Shown here in pieces: positions 58,200-64,000 of a stretch of DNA of 64,000 bases. Origin of the DNA: Spirochaetia bacterium (lineage in GTDB: Bacteria > Spirochaetota > Spirochaetia > CADAEX01); assembly GCA_963662795.1 (NCBI GenBank), contig OY759746.1, forward strand, positions 3,867,450 to 3,931,449, given 5' to 3'. Every line of letters begins with the position of its first letter. Position 1 is the first letter of the stretch. The notes beneath the pieces were generated by a model, which saw only the letters and a list, made by a program, of their open reading frames with translations, did no database searches and was not told where the DNA came from. A program made the translations under genes and the position numbers.

Positions 58200-59612
58200 A
58201 TGCTAATTGTCATCGTGGGCGCAGACAGGGTTGGTTCAAGGCTTGCAAGAAAGCTTATTGAACAGAATTATGATGTAATAATCATCGAAAAAGACATTGA
58301 AAAAGCAAATAATGCAGCGAACAGCCTTGACTGTCTTGTCCTCAATGCCGACGGGACAAACCTTGACGACCTTAAAAGGGCAGGAATAAGCAAAGCAGAC
58401 TATTTTATCAGTGTAACAGGCTCTGACGAGAGAAACATGATTGCCTGCGGACTTGTAAGCAGGGAGTTTAACATCCCATACAAAATTGCCAGGGTCCAGA
58501 ATATATATTTTTCCAACGCAAACTTTCTGGAAAACGCATTTCTCGGTATTGATTATATTGTTAACCCCTCAATGGAAGCCGCCAAAAATATAATCTCAGG
58601 GATTGATCACGGTGCTATCAGCGATATAATGCTGTTTGAAAACACCCATCTTCAGATGAGAAATCTCCCTGTAACCCAGGGTTCTATTTTTGAAAATAAA
58701 ATGCTTATAGAACTCCATGAAATAGTAAAAGAAAAATTTCTTATTGCTGTAATCATGCGGGGCAATCAGTATATAATTCCCAAAGGCGATACGATGATAA
58801 GGGAAATGGATAATCTCTATATTGTCGGATCCCAGGAAGCGCTTGACGAAATATTTTCCAAAATGGGAAAAGTCAGGATTGATTTCAGGAAAATTGTTAT
58901 TATCGGCGGCAGCGACATAGGCCAGTTTGTAATAGAACACCTGCGGGGAGAGGACAGGACACATGTAAACGAAACACTCCTCGGGAAATTCACTTCCATA
59001 TTCACAAAAATTAAAACCAAAAATCGCGGGATAACAGTGATAGACCGGGATTATGAGAAATGCAAGCAGCTTTCCGCAAAATTCCCGGGAATAAACGTTA
59101 TCAATGTCGATATCGCTGATGAAGGGCTTTTTGAGGAAGAGGGGCTTATCGACAGCGATCTGATAATTACATGCACCTATAACCAGGAGCTTAACATAGT
59201 TACAGCTGTTTATGGAAAAGCGCTCGGGATAAAACGTTCCATAGCGCTTGTAGGTAAAACAAGCTATCTTGGTGTTGCGCTTAACCTTGGCATCGATGTT
59301 CCCATAAGCCTTAACAACAGCATGATTCAGGGAATACTGCGTTTTATCAAGAAAGACAAGATACAGTCATTTCACAGTATTTCAAGCAGCAATATAGAGG
59401 TAATTCAGCTCAAAGTAACATCATCAAGCAGACTGCTCGGCAAAAGAATAAAAGAAATCAAATTTCCGCTTCACTCTCTCATAATATCAGTTAAAAACGG
59501 AGAAAACGACATCCTGCCTGACGGAGAATATATGATACAGGGAAATGACAATGTAATAATGATTGTGAGAAAAGAGTCGCTTGAAAAAATTGAAAATATG
59601 TTTACAAGCTGA
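58200..59612 (+). CDS. trkA: Trk K+ uptake regulatory subunit
   Basis: Two RCK_N/RCK_C pairs. Confidence 0.9.
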   Translation: MLIVIVGADRVGSRLARKLIEQNYDVIIIEKDIEKANNAANSLDCLVLNADGTNLDDLKRAGISKADYFISVTGSDERNMIACGLVSREFNIPYKIARVQNIYFSNANFLENAFLGIDYIVNPSMEAAKNIISGIDHGAISDIMLFENTHLQMRNLPVTQGSIFENKMLIELHEIVKEKFLIAVIMRGNQYIIPKGDTMIREMDNLYIVGSQEALDEIFSKMGKVRIDFRKIVIIGGSDIGQFVIEHLRGEDRTHVNETLLGKFTSIFTKIKTKNRGITVIDRDYEKCKQLSAKFPGINVINVDIADEGLFEEEGLIDSDLIITCTYNQELNIVTAVYGKALGIKRSIALVGKTSYLGVALNLGIDVPISLNNSMIQGILRFIKKDKIQSFHSISSSNIEVIQLKVTSSSRLLGKRIKEIKFPLHSLIISVKNGENDILPDGEYMIQGNDNVIMIVRKESLEKIENMFTS

Positions 59613-59621
59613 TGGCCATAA

Positions 59622-61073
59622 ATGAACACTAAACTTGTCATCAAGGTAATATCAATACTGCTGCTTATAATAGCCGGGTTTATGATTTTTCCTGTTTTTT
59701 TTGCCCTTTATTACGGTGAATTTAATATGATCAGGTTTTTCCTGATTCCGATAACGGCCTCGCTTCTCTTTTACATCATTATCAGGGTATTCATAAGCGA
59801 CCGTCAGCGTAAAAATTTATCAACAAAAGACGGGTTTCTTCTTGTCTCTTCAAGCTGGATAAGCGCCTCGTTTCTCGGCTGTCTGCCGTTTTTTCTGTCA
59901 GGTGCAGTGCCTTCCCTTACCGATGCCTTTTTTGAGACAATGTCCGGCTTTACGACTACCGGGGCCTCAATTCTCACAGAAATTGAATCACTTCCGAAAT
60001 CTCTTTTATTCTGGAGATCGCTTACCCACTGGCTCGGCGGCATGGGTATAGTAGTCCTTACTGTCGCCATCTTTCCCCTGCTCGGGATAGGAGGGCTTCA
60101 GCTCATAAAGGCAGAAGCGCCGGGGCCGACAGTTGACAAAATAACACCAAAAATAACAGAGACTGCCAAAATTCTCTGGATGATTTATATAACTCTCACA
60201 ATTATCGAAACCGGGCTGCTGATGGCAGGAGGGCTTAACCTGTTCGATTCACTTACTCACACATTCGGGACACTTGCTACAGGCGGTTTCTCCCCCAAAA
60301 ACACCTCGGTCGGATTTTACAATTCTCCTTTTGTCGACTGGGTAATTACTATATTCATGCTGATGGCAGGTATCAACTTTATCCTCTATTTCAAGCTGGT
60401 AACAGGACAGCTGAAAAGTATAATGCGGAACAGCGAATTCAAGGCATATCTCGGAATATTCGCGGTTGCCACGCTGATTGTTACACTTAACCTGCACGGA
60501 AAAACCTACGCGACGTTTGCGGACAGCCTGCGGTATGCGGGTTTCCAGGTTTCATCAATCCTTACAACTACAGGATTTGCGACAGCCGATTATGAGAAAT
60601 GGCCCATGCTCTCTCAGATAATCCTGTTTGTAGTCATGTTCATCGGTGGCTGCTCAGGCTCAACCGGAGGCGGCATCAAGGTAATAAGGATAATAACCCT
60701 CTTCAAGCAGGGAATAAACGAAATGAAACTTCTTATCAGGCCCAGGGGAATATTCAGCATAAGAATTGACGGAAAGGTTGTAAGGAAACAGCTTGTCTAT
60801 GCCGTATCCGGCTTTGTTCTTCTCTATATCTTCCTGCTGCTGCTTACAACTACAGTTGTCGCATCAGGTGAATACGATATTGTAACATCTCTTTCCACCG
60901 CACTTGTAACACTCGGGAATATCGGCCCGGGCTTCGGTCTTATCGGCCCGACTGAGAACTACAGCTTCTATCAGGACTACATAAAGTGGTTTTTAAGCTT
61001 CGCGATGATGGCAGGGAGACTTGAAATTTATACAGTCCTTGTAATGCTGCTGCCGGCGTTCTGGAGAAAATGA
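59622..61073 (+). CDS. trkH: Trk K+ uptake permease
   Basis: FETMSGFTTTG, WLGGMG, TGGFS, GSTGGG, GNIGPG, GRLE. Confidence 0.95.
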   Translation: MNTKLVIKVISILLLIIAGFMIFPVFFALYYGEFNMIRFFLIPITASLLFYIIIRVFISDRQRKNLSTKDGFLLVSSSWISASFLGCLPFFLSGAVPSLTDAFFETMSGFTTTGASILTEIESLPKSLLFWRSLTHWLGGMGIVVLTVAIFPLLGIGGLQLIKAEAPGPTVDKITPKITETAKILWMIYITLTIIETGLLMAGGLNLFDSLTHTFGTLATGGFSPKNTSVGFYNSPFVDWVITIFMLMAGINFILYFKLVTGQLKSIMRNSEFKAYLGIFAVATLIVTLNLHGKTYATFADSLRYAGFQVSSILTTTGFATADYEKWPMLSQIILFVVMFIGGCSGSTGGGIKVIRIITLFKQGINEMKLLIRPRGIFSIRIDGKVVRKQLVYAVSGFVLLYIFLLLLTTTVVASGEYDIVTSLSTALVTLGNIGPGFGLIGPTENYSFYQDYIKWFLSFAMMAGRLEIYTVLVMLLPAFWRK

Positions 61074-61228
61074 CTAATATCTGCAGCCGGCTTTCCGTCA
61101 AATATAACATTATAGTCACTGTTGTTGTTTTTGATTACACCTAAAATGCACTTCAGGTAATCCGGGTAAACCGCGCAGGAAAAAAGCCGATAATCTAATC
61201 AAATACTTATTTTTCACAGGAAGTTTAA

Positions 61229-62848
61229 ATGTCTGCAAAAAAAAGGAAACAGGAAAGCATAAAAAACAGGATTGCCGTAGGTTCGGGCAAAGGGGGCGTC
61301 GGTAAGTCGACAACTTCTGTAAACCTCGCAGTCTATTACGCCAAAAAAGGGAAAAAAACATTGCTGGCGGACCTTGATCCACTCTCAGACATCAAAACAA
61401 TTATAGACAGGGAAGATTTAAAAGAGGGGGGAAAAGAGCCGGTACAGATTTTTGAAAACCTCTATCTTCTCACTCCCTTTCAGAATGCCGGAAAGGTTTC
61501 ACCTGTAAAAGTTCATGAGAATCTGGCATCTGACAGTTATAAGATTACAAAAAATCAATTTGACATAATAATATTCGATCTTCCCGCAGGCTCTGATGAG
61601 ACCGAGAATCTGGCGTTTCTTGATTTTGCAGATATTCTCCTCGTTGTGACAAACCCTGAGCCTGCATCCCATGTCGCATCCGGAGGTTATATAAAAAAGA
61701 CCGCAGATAAAAGGCCTGATCTTCCTGTTTTTATCTGGCATAACAGGTATGAAAAAAACCTTGAATCGGATTTCAATCCGGATGATGTCGCTGGCAACTA
61801 CAACAGAAATGTTCCTGATGATGAAAAACTTAAACCCTCCATGGCAGGAAGATTTTTAAATGTCGCCAAGATCCCGCGGGACAGTTCGCTTGATCTTTTA
61901 GGCACCGATACAACTTTCGGCGCGGTAGCGCTCAGAAATATCGTAATACTGCTTGAGCTGCTTTACAGCGAACTGACGATGCCTATAGTAAACAAGGCAG
62001 CTCCCGGCGGCAGAATCGGAGGTCTTATAAACAGCTATCTTGGCTCCAGCAAAAAGATTGATGATCCGGATGAGGTTATAGAGGACCTTTTCAGATACAT
62101 AGGCGCATTTATTTCAAGACTCGGAAGGACTACCGATACAAAAATAAATCTATCAATGCTTTTGTCTGATGAGGAAAGAGCTCGCATAACTGAATGCCTT
62201 GATACTGTAAGAAAGGATAAAAAACTTATAGACCTCCGGAAAGCTATAACAGTAACAAAAGACGCACTTCAGTCGCTTGAAAATTCATCCCGGCAGTTTT
62301 ATGCCGACCTTGTCCCTGATAAATACAACACGGTAGCAAGGGAAATTTCAGCTGTTATAAAAGATGCTGAAGAGGGTAACCCGGAAGGGGACGCAATTAA
62401 CATAGCGGGAACAGTCCTTTTTTACCTTGCCGTATTTAATCTTGTCAAAAAAGAAGAGTATCATAACGCGATGATTGATTTCCTCCCCGTAAAAGCAAAA
62501 ACAGGCGGAAAAAAAGAAAGGGACAGAAACACACAGATAAAACAGCTTGTTGAAAAAAACATGGAATACCAGAAGAAATATGTCAATCTTGTGAAATACC
62601 TTCAACTTCCACTTATCGGCGAAATTGAAAAGGTCTCATCTGATTTGAAGCTTAAAAAAATATTATTCATGGAAAATAAAAACGGAAAAACAAAGATAAA
62701 TACCGCCATCTATGCAAAGCTTCTTGGAAACTACCTCCATGATTCACTTAACAGCGGTTTAAGTATTATAATAGGGTTTCCGTACAGGACAGCTTCAATG
62801 AGTTTTCAGAAATCAGCCGCTCTTGTTCTGGGGCTCCTGAATGATTAG
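61229..62848 (+). CDS. MinD/FlhG-like P-loop ATPase with long helical C-terminal extension
   Basis: KGGVGKST, DLD, DLPAG, VTNPEP. Confidence 0.75.
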   Translation: MSAKKRKQESIKNRIAVGSGKGGVGKSTTSVNLAVYYAKKGKKTLLADLDPLSDIKTIIDREDLKEGGKEPVQIFENLYLLTPFQNAGKVSPVKVHENLASDSYKITKNQFDIIIFDLPAGSDETENLAFLDFADILLVVTNPEPASHVASGGYIKKTADKRPDLPVFIWHNRYEKNLESDFNPDDVAGNYNRNVPDDEKLKPSMAGRFLNVAKIPRDSSLDLLGTDTTFGAVALRNIVILLELLYSELTMPIVNKAAPGGRIGGLINSYLGSSKKIDDPDEVIEDLFRYIGAFISRLGRTTDTKINLSMLLSDEERARITECLDTVRKDKKLIDLRKAITVTKDALQSLENSSRQFYADLVPDKYNTVAREISAVIKDAEEGNPEGDAINIAGTVLFYLAVFNLVKKEEYHNAMIDFLPVKAKTGGKKERDRNTQIKQLVEKNMEYQKKYVNLVKYLQLPLIGEIEKVSSDLKLKKILFMENKNGKTKINTAIYAKLLGNYLHDSLNSGLSIIIGFPYRTASMSFQKSAALVLGLLND

Positions 62849-63467
62849 ACTTCTTTTTCTCAAGGGGGGCATCCTGATGTATCCCCTGCTTCTTTTTTCA
62901 CTGGTCTCAGCTGCAGTTATTCTCGAAAAAACAGCAGACCTTTGCCGGGTTATGATAAAAGGCACTGTTTTCAAAACAATTACGGAAATGGGTGAGAAAA
63001 ATGATTTAAAAGGGATCATTGCCTATATTGAGAAATTAAAAACCGACAGAAGGAGATACGGAAAGGGAAATGCTTCCCTTGAGCTTATAAATAAAACCGC
63101 TGCCGGTAATTTCAGAACTGAAAAGGATTACAGCTCGGCAATTTCCGCCTTGTCACTTCAAAGCTCTGAAAAAATCCATCTGCTTGATCTTGTGGGAAAA
63201 ATATCTCCCATGACAGGCCTTACAGGAACAGTTATAGGGCTTGCCAGGGCTTTTCAAAGCGTCTCGGAATCAGGAAAAACAGGAGACGCTGCCCTGCTTG
63301 CCGGAGGGATATGGGAAGCCATGATAACAACAATCGCAGGACTTCTTATAGCAATCCCCGCGATAATCGCGGCGCACATCCTTAGAAACAGCTTCAGGAA
63401 GCATATTGAAAGGCTTAAAATCTGCTGTGATGAAGTCTTTACAGATACGGGAAATAAAAACCTGTGA
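62841..63467 (+). CDS. exbB: MotA/TolQ/ExbB proton-channel protein
   Basis: KGG.LM.PL, SPMTGLTGTV.G, GIWEAMITT..GL..AIP. Confidence 0.88.
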   Translation: MIRLLFLKGGILMYPLLLFSLVSAAVILEKTADLCRVMIKGTVFKTITEMGEKNDLKGIIAYIEKLKTDRRRYGKGNASLELINKTAAGNFRTEKDYSSAISALSLQSSEKIHLLDLVGKISPMTGLTGTVIGLARAFQSVSESGKTGDAALLAGGIWEAMITTIAGLLIAIPAIIAAHILRNSFRKHIERLKICCDEVFTDTGNKNL

Positions 63468-63916
63468 ACAACTATTTTGACGAAGGGACAGATTATCATC
63501 TCCCTGATCTCACGCCTCTCATCGATGTAATCTTTATTTTAATAGTATTTTTTCTCCTTACCCCCTCAATGAGGGAGAGATCAATTGATGTTACACTTCC
63601 CTCCTCTGAATCAGGTAATGTGCAGAATATGGAAAGTCTTGTTATTGAAATTGACAGCAGCAATATGATTTATTTCAATGAAGAGAAAACAGATTTCACG
63701 GGGATAAGGAAAATTCTTGAAAATGAGCTTACAGCTGCCGGCATGAAAGACGTTCTTGTCAGAAGCGACAGGGAAAGCAGCTTCGGGACAATTGTCCGTC
63801 TTATGGATATAATAAACAGCGCGGGCTATGATTCAGTCTCTTTTTCTGTTTTAAACGGCGGAGGAGATGGTTCACCCGGCAACGGGGAAACAGACAATCC
63901 CCCTTATCGACCGTAA
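63464..63916 (+). CDS. exbD: ExbD/TolR biopolymer transport protein
   Basis: DLTPLIDVIFIL.VFFLL, V.LP, RSD...FG. Confidence 0.9.
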   Translation: MNNYFDEGTDYHLPDLTPLIDVIFILIVFFLLTPSMRERSIDVTLPSSESGNVQNMESLVIEIDSSNMIYFNEEKTDFTGIRKILENELTAAGMKDVLVRSDRESSFGTIVRLMDIINSAGYDSVSFSVLNGGGDGSPGNGETDNPPYRP

Positions 63917-64000
63917 ATCCGCAGCATCATACCGGGAACAAAGGAAGAGATGCTAACGGTAATCCTTTAAATTAAAATTGACAGCAATCCTCAGCCTGTC

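Noticed and set aside
63868-64000. Start of a tonB gene after exbD
   Set aside because: No supportable ORF start with recognisable sequence before the window ends.

Overview
Bacterial chromosomal window, moderately AT-rich. Gene content and lipoprotein signal style suggest a spirochaete (inference). The main feature is a duplicated module at 5.9-26.8 kb. Each copy has a CHASE2 adenylate cyclase transcribed divergently from an operon encoding a small secreted protein, an outer-membrane beta-barrel, a secreted FecR-domain protein and a variable Cys-Tyr lipoprotein. Copy A carries a second FecR/lipoprotein pair, two paralogous proteins with an RRE/PqqD-like N-terminus and a GT-A glycosyltransferase-like core, and a UDP-glucuronate decarboxylase. 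Copy B carries an IS30 element just upstream of a frameshifted lipoprotein gene. The rest is housekeeping and transport genes (MoxR, CitA/CitB-type two-component system, phosphohexomutase, trpS, phnCDE-like, opp/dpp-like, trkAH, exbBD), a hsp20 with a sigma54-type promoter, a 32-bp tandem repeat, and a decaying arsenic/metal-resistance island at about 47-55 kb. No rRNA, tRNA or CRISPR array was seen. All calls come from motif reading only; no searches were run.
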